Assembly (NCBI RefSeq): GCF_048593235.1
Contig: NC_133619.1
Coordinates: forward strand, 649,490,558 to 649,554,557
DNA: 64,000 bases
DNA from: Sminthopsis crassicaudata
Lineage: Eukaryota
Direction: 5' to 3'
Shown here: positions 31,401 through 41,335 of the stretch, one piece after another
How positions within the stretch are numbered: the stretch's first letter is position 1
Layout: each line of letters opens with the position of its first letter
Made by a program: the position numbers and the translations under genes
The notes under the pieces: model-generated
What the model saw: only the letters and a program-made list of their open reading frames with translations
The model's database searches: none
Told to the model about the DNA's origin: nothing

Positions 31401-31739
31401 CGTGTGCACGCTGCGGTGGATCTGCAGCAGGGACGAGCGCTTGAAGGCCTTGCCGCAGTCAGGGCAGGGGTAGGGCCGCTCGCCCGTGTGCCCCCGCTGG
31501 TGGTAGAGCAGGGCCGAGGAGCCCTTGAAGGCCTTGGGGCAGTCGGGGCACTTGTAGGGCCGCTCGCCCGTGTGCGTGCGCTGATGATGGAGCAGCCGCG
31601 ACGACCACTTGAAGGACTTGCCACACTCCCCGCACTCGTACTGGGCGGGTGCCGGCGGGGGACCCGTGGGGGGCGCCGCCTGCTCCCCAGGCCCCTCGGC
31701 AGGCGGGGCTGGAGCCATGTCAAGGTGGGAGCCCACCAT
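28437..31739 (-). CDS. ZNF628: Zinc finger protein 628 (17 C2H2 fingers plus 1 C2HC), 1100 aa, single coding exon
   Basis: Uninterrupted ORF MVGSHLDMAP...YECGECGKSFKWSSRLLHHQRTHTGERP...QEVTTVQL repeats...ALPAVQLVHTF*. The exon acceptor is at 31745-31746. The N- and C-termini match recalled human ZNF628. Confidence 0.96.
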   Translation of the reverse strand: MVGSHLDMAPAPPAEGPGEQAAPPTGPPPAPAQYECGECGKSFKWSSRLLHHQRTHTGERPYKCPDCPKAFKGSSALLYHQRGHTGERPYPCPDCGKAFKRSSLLQIHRSVHTGLRAFTCAQCGLAFKWSSHYQYHLRQHTGERPYPCPDCPKAFKNSSSLRRHRHVHTGERPYPCGVCGKSFTQSTNLRQHQRVHTGERPFRCPACPKTFTHSSNLLLHQRTHGPAAATASAHRCEPCGKVFASDAYLQRHLQTHASEAPPPPLPPPPPPPVVPELFLAAAETTVELVYRCGGCELAFASETLLLEHQPCPGPGVEAAAAQPAPFTCSPCGKAFKTAAGLSRHQQSHGPAATAPSYRCGGCDRAFPQLASLLAHQRAHAEEAAAGRPLPQAEAAEVTCPQEAPAPGPAPAPPGDRPYKCAECGKAFKGSSGLRYHMRDHTGERPYPCGECGKAFKRSSLLAIHQRVHTGLRAFTCAQCGLTFKWSSHYQYHLRLHSGERPYPCAECGKAFRNTSCLRRHRHVHTGERPHSCGVCGKSFAQTSNLRQHQRVHTGERPFRCPLCPKTFTHSSNLLLHQRTHSAERPFACTVCGRGFVMAAYLQRHLRTHAPAPPATVPPATAAAPTATQDVHVVPHLQATLSLEAGPGPANPANSQTFLLVQTAQGLQLIPSSVQPPRPTPPPPPPAPPKVILLPASGARSRKGPKNSGKADQAPGMVWLPGPGPVGGQGSGGNISGGGGQSLIVLQSVAGGEIGPQETSGVRLQSLRPAQEVTTVQLQPTQEVTTVQLQPTQEVTTVQLQPTQEVTTVQLQPLQPAQEVTTVQLQPLQPAQEVTTVQLQPLQPAQEVTTVQLQPLQPAQEVTTVQLQPLQPAQEVTTVQLQPLQTSQEVTTVQLQPLPPTPDVSLQLQPVAGPLASPGGAGGPAEGPNLFVVQGGAGEELLAGPGPGGEGGSGDGGGGSGGAVVQDVHFETLQTAEGLQSVLVLSGADGEQTRLCVQGVETLSPGLAESPTPGPQGQKLLIIRSAPSAPSDLVESVPGPPLQLLAPPPSPAPGAPPGPSSQVVQVVPGSGPGPVGTAGQPALPSIHIVQALPAVQLVHTF
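29050..29450 (-). repeat. coding tandem repeat QEVTTVQL x10 (33-bp and 42-bp units)
   Basis: gg(t)(g/c)acttc cores at 29070, 29112, 29154, 29196, 29238, 29280, 29322 (42-bp spacing) and 29355, 29388, 29421 (33-bp spacing). Confidence 0.95.
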
Positions 31740-32316
31740 GACACCTGTGAGGGTCAGACAGGCGGGAAGCAGTTATTAGGCACCTACTGGATGCAGGGGA
31801 GACACGTGTCAGTATGGTGATGAGGGGGCAGCAGTAGGTTCCAGGCAAAGTGTGTGTGGGGGGAACACGTGCTGCTTAGGGAAAAGGGGTAAGCCTTCCA
31901 GGGAGGGCACCCAGGTGCCTGGGCAAAGGCGCAGAGGTGGGAGATGAATGGAGACAGCGCTCACCCCTTCTTTTTTCAGGAGGAAACTGAGGCACAAGGG
32001 GAACTTCTGCTTCCCTCCTTGGGCCTCAATGTCTCCTTTTGCAAACGCGGCCATGGGTCACAGTCCCTTCCCTCCATTCTCATGAACCCTTCTGGCCCCT
32101 TTAAGAATCTGACAGGAGCCTTTAAGAAGGCAGATTACTTTGCTGCCGACCAAAGGCAAGCCTAGGGGGCAGAAACTCCCCTTTAAGCACAGACGTCACA
32201 CGTCCTGCTTAGTCCCACCCCTTCCGGTCACGCCGGCCACGCCCTTCCAGGTCCCCTTCCTCCCTCCCCAACACCCCCCCCACACCATCGGTTTTGTCCT
32301 TTTCTCGGTTTCTTAC

Positions 32317-33100
32317 CTGAGGCCTCGGGGTTAGGGGAAACGGGGGGCCCTGAGGCGGGGGATGCTAGGAAGGTGGGAGTTCCGGGAGGGCCGGGGAGGG
32401 AGGACAGCCTCCCAAAGGCCCCGGCGCGAGGCAGCCAAGCTTGATCGGCGGCGGCCGCGCACACAAACTGTCTCCCTCATGCGTCACCACGCATGCGCGA
32501 ACTTGATTGGCCGCCCCGAGGACTTCTGGGACCGGTAGTCCCAGCTGGGCTCAAAGTGAGCTACAGTGCGCATGATCGCAGATTCCGCTTCGAGATTGCT
32601 TAAATTGTTAGGCTCCACCCCGCGCGAGTCGAATCACTGCGCACGCGCAATCTCCCTCAGGCCGACGCCTCAGACCCTTCAAAGACTTGAGATTCTTCAT
32701 CGCTCCGTCTCTTGCGTCAGCGCGCGTGCTCATTTGCGTCTTATTGTCTCCTGTTTGGGTCTCAAATCTTCCGTACTTCCGACGCATGCTCGCCCCGTGA
32801 TGCGAACAAGGGCTCCCGCGCACGCGTACTTCTGGCTTTGCGAGATTGGACGTCGGGGCCTCTGTGCATTCTGGGATTGGTAGTTCTTGTGAAGGACTAT
32901 CTGCCCCGCCGACTCCCCAGACTGTTTGCTGGGGTTGGGGACGTCCAGGCTGCTACCGCCCCAGAGGCAGGCTGGTGGCTCGAGAGGAGACCGCTTTGGG
33001 CGGGACTTTCTGTCTTTTCCAGGCCTCACTCACACGATCTAAAGCACAGCTTCTTAAAGTGTGTCGGGACCCCCCTAGGGTTCCCGGAAGTGAAGGTGGG
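32317..33100. promoter_or_regulatory. ZNF628 5' exon and CpG-island promoter with NRF1, NF-Y, ZNF143 and ETS motifs
   Basis: Minus-strand donor CAG|GTAAG at 32317/32316. Motifs: CGCATGCGCG 32490-32499; ATTGG 32506-32510; ZNF143-type tctgggaccggtagtc 32525-32540 and tgcattctgggattggtagtt 32865-32885; CCGGAAGT 33084-33091. Confidence 0.8.
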
Positions 33101-33810
33101 GGTGGTTAAAGATTGAGCAGCGGTGAAAGAGAGCTAGTGTTCTGCCAAGGTTTCCTTCTTTCTATAAAAATAGACAAGCGCACTCCTCTCGTCAAATTAT
33201 ATAGAGACTAAGAATTGTTTGAAAAGAAACCTCTCATTTATTATCAGTAAATGTTTCGTATCCCTATACGCCCACGGTCGTGGAAAAATTTCTTGGCTGA
33301 AAAGGGGTCACGAGTGGAATTAGGAAGCCTAGCCCCAGTGGAAGATCCAGGCCCGGGGGGGCGGATGAGCTGGGGGCCAGGGCAGGGGCCAGAAGCCCCC
33401 TGCCCACCGTACACAGCCAGGGATCCTCAGGCCCTGGCAGCTCCCCAGGAACAAGCTTGGAGGAAGGGACCTCAGCCCCAGGACCGTTGGTCCTGCCCCT
33501 TCCAGCTCCAGGCTGGAGAGGAAGCCCAGTTAACAGTAACCTCCCCCCCAAAAAAAATCCTGCTGCTTTAAGGGCACCTTTGAATTCAAACAGGTACCCC
33601 CTGGGAGCCCAGGCTTGGAACAGGCTGCCTTCCTAGTAAGCCTTCTCTGGACATCCATTCAAGCTCATGGGTCTCACTGCAACCTCGGAGGGGAGCCCCT
33701 TACCCCTCCCCATGCGGGGAGTTCCACACCTCTCACCCCCAGCGCCCCTAGCTCACTGCAGCCCGAGGCACCCCTGCATTGAAGGAAGCAGCCCTCAGAT
33801 TGCCAAAGAC

Positions 33811-34535
33811 TGGTATGGGCCAGAACGCTGAACCTGAAACAAAGGATGCTTACAAGGCGCTAACTCAGTGGATCGATAGAGAAGATACTTATCTAACTAA
33901 TCTAACTTATCTAACTAATCTAATTTATCTAGTTAACCATTGTTCAGTGTGATTGCTAATCCTACAAGGAGATGCTATGGGCCACAACTTGAAACGGGGT
34001 ACTGAGCGGGATTGAAGAGACTGTGGTTAAATCTAGTTTAGCATCGATTTAATCCTACAACAAATGATGGTTTCCTAGTGGTGTAATGATTGATATACAT
34101 CAGATCTATTCAGTATGGTATAGTACATAGTAAAAATGCTGATATACTCAGTGTGGAGCCTCTAGGGGAGCAGCTCTCAGGGCCAGGCAGGACAGGCCCA
34201 CCAGAGTCTCCCAGGGCTGAGACAGATGCATCCCATCATCCACCGTGGTGGTGGCTGCAGGCTGAAGCACAAACCTTTGGATTCAGAGACAGTCGGGGAG
34301 ATTCAGAGGCCAGAGAAGGCAGGCGGGAGCTCCAGTTCTCGGAACCAAGGAGAGAGGCAGGCCTCCAGAAAAACTAGCTGAGCCCCAAGTGAAGGAGACA
34401 AGATTTTGAAAAAGATAATAAAGGATTTGAACTTTAACCCCTGGCTACTTGGGTGGTAAACTGAAACAAAGGCTGCTCCCAGAGGCCCCAAGAAAACCTC
34501 AACAGAGAACAGTACATTTTAGAGAGAACATTACA
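33811..34535 (+). mobile_element. ERV solo LTR (725 bp, 6-bp near-perfect TSD)
   Basis: TG at 33811 and CA at 34534-34535. The flanks are AAAGAC (33805-33810) and AAAGCC (34536-34541), and AATAAA lies at 34417-34422. Confidence 0.75.
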
Positions 34536-34699
34536 AAAGCCCCCTCCCAATAATGCAGTAGAAGGGAAATGGGCTGCCGCCCACCTTTAGGGCTGGCAGC
34601 TTTTGGGAGTGGAGTGGCCACTCCTGCCCCCAGGATTCCCATTCTCCCCCATTGTCCACTACTCACAGCAAAGTCTATGTGTAATGAATATTATGGTGA

Positions 34700-34900
34700 C
34701 GTCAGTGCAGTGCCTGGAGTCGGGAAGAGCTGAGTTCAAATGTGACCTCAGATACTTATTACCCTAGGTCAGACAGAGGGGCCTGCACAAATCACTTCTG
34801 TTTGCCTCAGTTTCTTCATCTTTCAAATGAACTGGAGAAGGAAATGGCCAACCACTCCAATATCCAATATCCTTGCCAAGAAAATCCTAAACAAGAGTCA
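34700..34900 (+). mobile_element. marsupial CORE-SINE with ...ggagaaggaaatggccaaccactcc tail (Mar1/MIR3-like)
   Basis: gagttcaaatgtgacctcagatactta...gcctcagtttcttcatc...gaactggagaaggaaatggc. Related copies lie at ~37185-37420, ~38395-38600 and ~63625-63800. Confidence 0.65.
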
Positions 34901-35254
34901 GACATGAGTGAACGACATGCAGATATAATATATAACAGATATAATCAGGGGAGCGTCCCCCTCCTCATACTCAACCCAGACCCTGGCTAGAGAACACCCC
35001 TTGGAACAGACCTAGAACTGGACCTTTCCAATGCCACATTTTCAGGGTCCTTTTGACAAATGGGTGCCAGGGACACTTAAGGAACTGGAAAGGCAGAAAA
35101 CGGAGGAGGAAGGAGCTGGCATTGGTGGGAGACATGGAAGACTGGCAGTCTAGCCACATGACCCAGTTGTGAGGGGGACATGATGGAGAAAGAAGTTTAA
35201 AGAGGCAGGAGAGGGGCCTGGAGAAGCATGAAGGCCCCCTTGCTGCTTCCTCAA

Positions 35255-35700
35255 AAATGTCTATGTATCAGCAACAACAAGATTAAAGGTAGAGCAATCC
35301 TGATGGACGTGGCTCTTTTCAACATCGAGGTGATTCAGGCTTGTTCCAATGGTCTTGCCGTGGAGAGAGCCATCTGCACCCAGAGAGAGAATTGTGGGAA
35401 CTGAGTGTGGACCACAATATAGCATTCTCACTCTTTTTGTTGTTTGCTTGCATTGTATTTTCTTTCTCATTTTTTCCCTTTTTGATCTGATTTTTCTTGT
35501 GCAGCAAGAGAATTGTGGAGCTATGTATAGGAGAATTGCACATGTTTAATATATATTGGATTGTTTTCCATCTAGGAAAAGGAGTGGGGGGAAAAGAAGG
35601 GAAAATGTAGAACACAAGGTTTTGCATGGTCAAAGGTTGAAAATTATCCATGCATATGTTTTGAAAATAAAAAGCTTTAATTTAAAAAAAAAAGAAAAGA
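35255..35700 (+). mobile_element. 5'-truncated L1, 3' UTR with poly(A)
   Basis: ...gtggaccacaatatagcattctcactcttttt...ggagaattgcacatgttta...aaattatccatgcatatgttttgaaaataaaaagctttaatttaaaaaaa, a dasyurid-type L1 3' end. Confidence 0.8.
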
Positions 35701-35884
35701 AAGAAATGTAAATTTTCCCATAGAACTGCTTTGGATAAATCCCATAAAAAAAGTCTATGCACTATGTATTCAGTATTTAGCTTGTATTTAATTTTCAGCA
35801 CATATTTGCTCTTCTGAGCATGATTTTTTTTTTCTAGTACATAAGGGAGGACAGAATCAATGCTATTTAGAAAAAAAAAAACAA

Positions 35885-36430
35885 CTTTCTTTCTTTAAAA
35901 TTTTTTTCCAATGGTATTTTATTTTCCAAATACATGTAAAGATAGTTTTTAACATTCATTTTTATAAGATTTTGTGTTCTGAATTGTTTTCCCTCCCTCC
36001 CTTACCTTCCACCCCCCCTTCATAAGACAGCAGGTAATTAAATATATGCCATTTTTAAAAAGATGTTTTCATATTTATCATGTTGTGTATGAAAAATCAG
36101 ACCCAAAGGGCAGAAAAAAAAACCAAACAAGAAACAAACAAGCAAAAGGTGAAAATACTGAGCTTCCATCCACATTGAGTCTCCACGATTCTCTCTCAGG
36201 ATGCAGATGGTATTTTCCATCCTGAGTCTATTGGAATTACCTTGAATCGTTGCTGGGAAAAGCCAGGGCCATCAGTTGCTCATCACACAATCTGATCATT
36301 ACTGTTTACAACGATCTCCTGATCACTTTTTTTCAGCAGCAGTTCATCTAAGTCTTTCCAGACTTTTCTGAAACCAGCCTGCTCATCATTTCTTATAGAA
36401 TATTGATATTCCATTGTATACATATCCCAG
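35885..36430 (-). mobile_element. older L1 3' fragment, reverse orientation
   Basis: T-rich tail followed by aagatagtttttaacattcattt...aagtctttccagacttttctgaaacc...ttcttatagaatattgatattcc. Confidence 0.6.
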
Positions 36431-36489
36431 AACTTAGAATGGTTGCCCCTTTCCTGAGGGCCAAAGACAGAGGACGTTGGGACAATCAC

Positions 36490-36770
36490 CTTCTTATTCC
36501 CAGAAGCTCTGCTTCTCTAATTGCAGCCCAAGTTGGTATTTGATGGGTTTTTTGTTCTCCTTGCTACTTCTCACTCCTGGGTGAATCATGCAAGTGGACC
36601 CATGCTTGTGGTCCACTATAGCCCTCAGATCTTTTTCAGAGCAATTACTATCTAACCAATCTGGAAGGTGATTTTTTTCATCTGGTATGTAAGTTTTCCT
36701 TGACAGCTTTGTGACATGTGCAAATGTGGTTACCATGCCATTTATGCTTTTATTCAAATCAGTAACTAAA
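36490..36770 (-). mobile_element. L3/CR1 RT fragment, reverse orientation
   Basis: The reverse complement of 36690-36730 reads catttgcacatgtcacaaagctg, a degenerate FADDTKL RT motif, followed by a gaaaaagatctgagggctatagtggaccacaag-type CR1 3' sequence. Confidence 0.55.
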
Positions 36771-36831
36771 CTATTCGACCAAGTGAAGATCCCTGGGCCT
36801 CCAGTGGAGATCTTCCTGCCACATTAACTCT

Positions 36832-36984
36832 TTTTTTTTTTTTCCTGAGGCTGGGGTTAAGTGACTTGCCCAGGGTCACACAGCTAGGAAGTGTTAAGTG
36901 TCTGAGATCACATTTGAACTCATGTCCTCCTGAATTCAAGGCTGGTGCTCTATCCACTGTGCCACCTAGCTGCCACCTAGCTGC
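36832..36984 (-). mobile_element. young WSINE1-like SINE with a perfect 17-bp TSD
   Basis: Poly(T) tail and reverse-complement SINE body, flanked by cctgccacattaactct on both sides. Confidence 0.9.
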
Positions 36985-38709
36985 TCCCTGCCACATTAAC
37001 TCTCAACCAAGAGAGCTATGCTATGCTCTTTGAGTCTGACTATCTGAATCAACCTCCCCTGATCTAAATTGTTCTGTCTTCTCCACAAGAAGAATATAAA
37101 ATAAATTGCCAAAAGCGTCACAGAAATCCAGGGAAACTCTGATCTACAGCATTCTCTCACCTAGTAGGTCAGGGCAAATAAGTGGAACAATAGAGTACTG
37201 GGCCTTGAGTCAGGAGGACTCATCTCCCTGAATTCAAATCTGGTCTCAGTCACTTATAGCTGTGTGATCCTGGGTAAGTCACTTTACCCTCTTTGTCTCA
37301 GTTTCCTCATTGTAAAATGACCTGAAAAAGGAAATGGCAAAACCATTCTATTATCTCTGCCAAAACAATGCCAAAGGAGATTACAAGGAGTCAGATACAA
37401 ATACCAAAATGACTCAATAATGACTAGTTTAGTAATCTTGTCAAAAAAAGGCAGTGAGATTGGTCTGGTATAATCTGTGCTTGATGAAATCAGTCTGGCT
37501 CTTTAGAATCATCACTTCCTTTTCTAGGTCATCTCCAGCTTCTTCACTGATCTGTTTCCAGAAATGGCTTCAGGACCGGAAGTAAAGCTTTCTGACTTCA
37601 AGTTTACAGACTGTTCCCTTCTCTTTTTGCTAGTCAGGACGATGTTTGCTTTTCTCCAATGTTGCTTTCCATTACCTTTCAAATATCACTGACATTGTGA
37701 ACCAATGTCAGTGATATTTGAAAGATAATGGAAAGCAAGTACACATGACAATTCTTTCAGGACCCAGGGACATAGTCCATCTGAGCAAGATGAGGAGAGC
37801 TCATCAAGATCAATTAGGTAGTAGAGTACCAGGCTGGAGTCAGGAAGACCTGAATTCAAATCCAGCAATTTGCTTAACCTCTATCTGCCTCAGTTTCCTT
37901 ATCTGCAAAATGGAGATGATAAGGGTTAATGTCCAGATCAAATGAGATAATATTTGTTTAAATGCTTGCACACCTTAATGGGCTATGTAATTAAGCACTG
38001 TTATCTTGGGGAGCAAATCTCTGTCAGTCTTGTGTTCTCCCATTTCCAGTGTAGCGGTTCTTTGAGGGCCAAACAGAAACAATGAAAATGGAGCCGTTCT
38101 ACCTTCTCTCTGGTATTGTCCTCCCAGCCAGCTTGAAACAAAGGGCCTTTCCCTCCTTGGCTCAGCTTTCATTTCCTCTCTAAATAGCTCTTTTTGGTTG
38201 CTGTTGCTTTCAGGATTACTTCTTCCTACCCTGACCTCTGTTCCATTTGGGAACAACATACCTGTTAATTCCCTATGTATATTGGATATTAACCTTTTTT
38301 TCCTACATTTTCCTTTTTTTATCCAAGCTAAATTGATTTCATTCACATAAAAGCTTTTAAAGTTCATATAATCAAAAGCAATCCAGCTAGGTTGAAATCG
38401 ATGGATCGAGTGCCAAGTCCTAGAGTTAGGAGGACCTGTAGACACTTGCTAGCTTTCATTTAACTCTTTTTGCCTCAGTTTCCTCATTTGTAAAATAAGC
38501 TGGAGAAGGAAATGGCAAACCAGTCTAGTATCTTTGCCAAGAAAATCAAAAAACAGGGTCACAAAGAATCAGACATGATTGAAATGACTCAACAGCAAAA
38601 TTAAAATTAGGTATTTTTGTCCTTGGGGATGATTTTGATTTAAGGATTCACCATCTCCATGTTTGTGAAAAGTACTTGATCTCATTTTCTTCTCATTTTT
38701 AATGGTATT

Positions 38710-39140
38710 GATGAGGTACAAGAAGCCATGAAGGTGGGGAATCATCCAGAAAGAATCCACCGGCTTCGGCCATCTTTAAGTCAAGGGACAAAAGTTTATT
38801 ATGACACCAGAAGGGGAGGGGGGCTAAGTTCCCTTGCAGAAATCACAATTAACAAAGGAGAAGGGGGGACCTTTTATGGGAAAGGGCTCGTAGTGAGGTA
38901 ACCCTCAGAAAGTAATAACCTGGAGGGAAAGAGTGTTGAAATCTATAGTGTGGGCTCCTGATTGTATATGTATATGTAACTATGGGATCAAGATAATCCT
39001 GTCAAAGCCAGAAATTCAACAAAGACCCCCTTTTGTCAGTTCCCCTCCCTATGGCCCACCTAGCTACCAGGGAATTCTTCTTTTGCTGGGGTCTTGTTCT
39101 TTATTATCTTGCTCTCTGAGACCATCTTAACTATTCTCAA
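38710..39140 (-). mobile_element. possible LTR-like element, reverse orientation
   Basis: Non-coding block with TTTATT near its left end and TG...CA-like ends. I could not identify a TSD. Confidence 0.3.
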
Positions 39141-39776
39141 AAAGCAGTTACTGAGCACCTGCCATATATGAAGCATTTTCTAAGCACTGGGGAAACCGAG
39201 TCAAAATATAGATTCTCTGCCTTGGTGGTATTGCCGTTCTCACAGGGCTGCGGTAGTGGTGGTGATGGTGGTGAATTATTTCTATATCAAATAATATGAA
39301 TATGAAATAATTTAAGATTCAAGAAGGTAAAAACAGTGGAAAGCAGAGCTGGGCCGAGCTGCTCTCTCTGCCACCCTTTTCAGGCATTTCCCTTGAGCAG
39401 CTCTCTTCCATGTGCTGCATTTTAAAGTTCCTGAGATCACAGCTTCAGGGCTATTGCAGGACTTTTGATTAGATCCCAGACAGTCTTAAGGCACTTAAAT
39501 ATTTCTTTAATTGAGCTCTTTTCCTGCCACTCATATTCTTTTTCCTAAATCTACTTTCCCCTATTATTTCTTGAACTATTATTTGAAGTATGGTTAAATT
39601 AATTGTAAATCCAATCATTTCTTGATTACCAGCCTGGATACTTGGAAAACTGGCCCAAGAGTTTCACTGAGCAGAACTGCCCAAAGCCAGGGCGCAGTGT
39701 ACCTAGAGATTTTTTTTTTTTTTTTCAGTCTGTACTGTTTGGATCCTTAGTTACTATGGAGATCAAGATAGGGCTA

Positions 39777-39906
39777 GGGGTAGCTAGGTGGCGCAGTGGA
39801 TAGAGCACCAGCCCTGAATTCAGGAGGACCCAAGTTCAAATCTGATCTTGGACACTTAACACTTCCTAGCTGTGTGACCCTGGGCAAAAAAAAAAAAAAA
39901 AAAAAA
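39777..39906 (+). mobile_element. WSINE1-like SINE with poly(A)
   Basis: gggg(t)agctaggtggcgcagtggatagagcacc...gtgaccctgggc followed by poly(A). Confidence 0.9.
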
Positions 39907-40589
39907 AGATAGATTGGGCTAGATGGGGCTGCTCTTTGTTCTACTAGGCAGCTAGGTGACCTGTGAATGGAGGGCAAAACTTGGAGGCAGGGACACAAGT
40001 CAGAATCCTGCCTCAGACTCTAGCTCTTAGGTCTGTGTCTAGCTCCATGACCCTGTAGCTACTTTAGCACTGTGGTCAGGATCAAGTAAGTTAACAAATA
40101 TAAAGCCCTTTGCAAACATGAATGGCAATTGTTACCATTACTTTCCTCTGGAAACTAAATTATTATACTGCATGCATTTCCTTGTGTTTCTTGCTGGTTA
40201 CTACATTAAAAATGGGAAGATCTGTGGGCTACATGGATACTTAGTAAGTACCCCCCTATAATCACTTGGGGCACTACGGTAATGAGAAAATGTCTCAATT
40301 TACTTGTAGTTCCTTCCTTAAGCCCACAAGAAAACAGTGTATCACTATATTAATTATCCAGCAAGGGAAGGGATATATTATCGGAGTTGTCTACCACACG
40401 CTCTATGCTTAAGTCACCAGTTATGTGGTTTTGCTAGTTTCACTCTGGCCTGCCAGTGTCAGGAAGCTTCTGGCTCTATCATATTAGCTGCTTAGAGCAA
40501 GATAAAACTCACTCTGGCAGGGTTCTGAACATAACAAGGATTGGGGAGAAAATGAAATATTGTTCACGTCATTAAAATTTAGAACCCCA

Positions 40590-40745
40590 GGGGGGCAGCT
40601 AGGTGGTGTAGTGGATAGAGTACCAGCCTTGAATTCAGGAGGACCAGAGTTCAAATCTGATCTCAGACACTTAAGACTTCCTAGCTGTGTGACCCTGGGC
40701 ACTTAACCCCAGACTCAGGGAAAAAAAAAAAAAAGAAAGAAAAAT
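40590..40745 (+). mobile_element. WSINE1-like SINE with poly(A) and TSD
   Basis: Flanked by aaaatttagaaccc(c/t)aggg repeats. Confidence 0.9.
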
Positions 40746-40821
40746 TTAGAACCCTAGGGCTAGGCATTCCTACCTGGCCTAATTTTAATTACATGGACTT
40801 TTAAAAAAATAATTTTTTTTC

Positions 40822-40950
40822 CCCTGAGGCAATAGTCACTTGCCCAGGGTCACACAGCCAGGAAGTATTAAATGTCTGAGGTGAAATTTGAATTCAGGTC
40901 CTCTTGATTTCAGGGCGGATCCTCCATCCACTGTACCACCTAGCTGCCCC
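40822..40950 (-). mobile_element. WSINE1-like SINE, reverse orientation
   Basis: gtcacttgcccagggtcacacag...ccactgtaccacctagctgcccc. Confidence 0.85.
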
Positions 40951-41285
40951 TAATTCTTTTTATTTTAATTAATTGTATTAATGGCAACAACATTATCTTC
41001 TATCTGCCTCAGTTTCCTTATCTGCAAAATGGAGACAATAAGAGTTAATGTGAGGACAAATGAGAATATTTGTTTAAGTGCTTGCACTTCTTAATGTGCT
41101 ATGTAATTGAGTGCTGTTATCTTGTTATCTTTACACATGCAAAGATAACCCTCAACACCTAGAAAATGATTACATGAACTTTACAAACTTTTTGCATGAA
41201 TGAAATCAATGCAGCTTGGATAAAAAAGGAAAAATGAGGGGAAAAAATTTTTTGGAATCCAGTATTTCCACTATTTAGTAAACAA

Positions 41286-41289
<4 letters not shown>

Positions 41290-41332
<43 letters not shown>
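41290..41332. repeat. perfect (TG)n microsatellite, adjoining a reverse L1 3' tail (41335-41535)
   Basis: About 21 TG units. Confidence 0.95.

Positions 41333-41335
<3 letters not shown>

Noticed and set aside
29835-31820. Plus-strand ORFs of 177-282 aa overlapping ZNF628
   Set aside because: They are antisense shadows of a GC-rich, codon-biased zinc-finger ORF.
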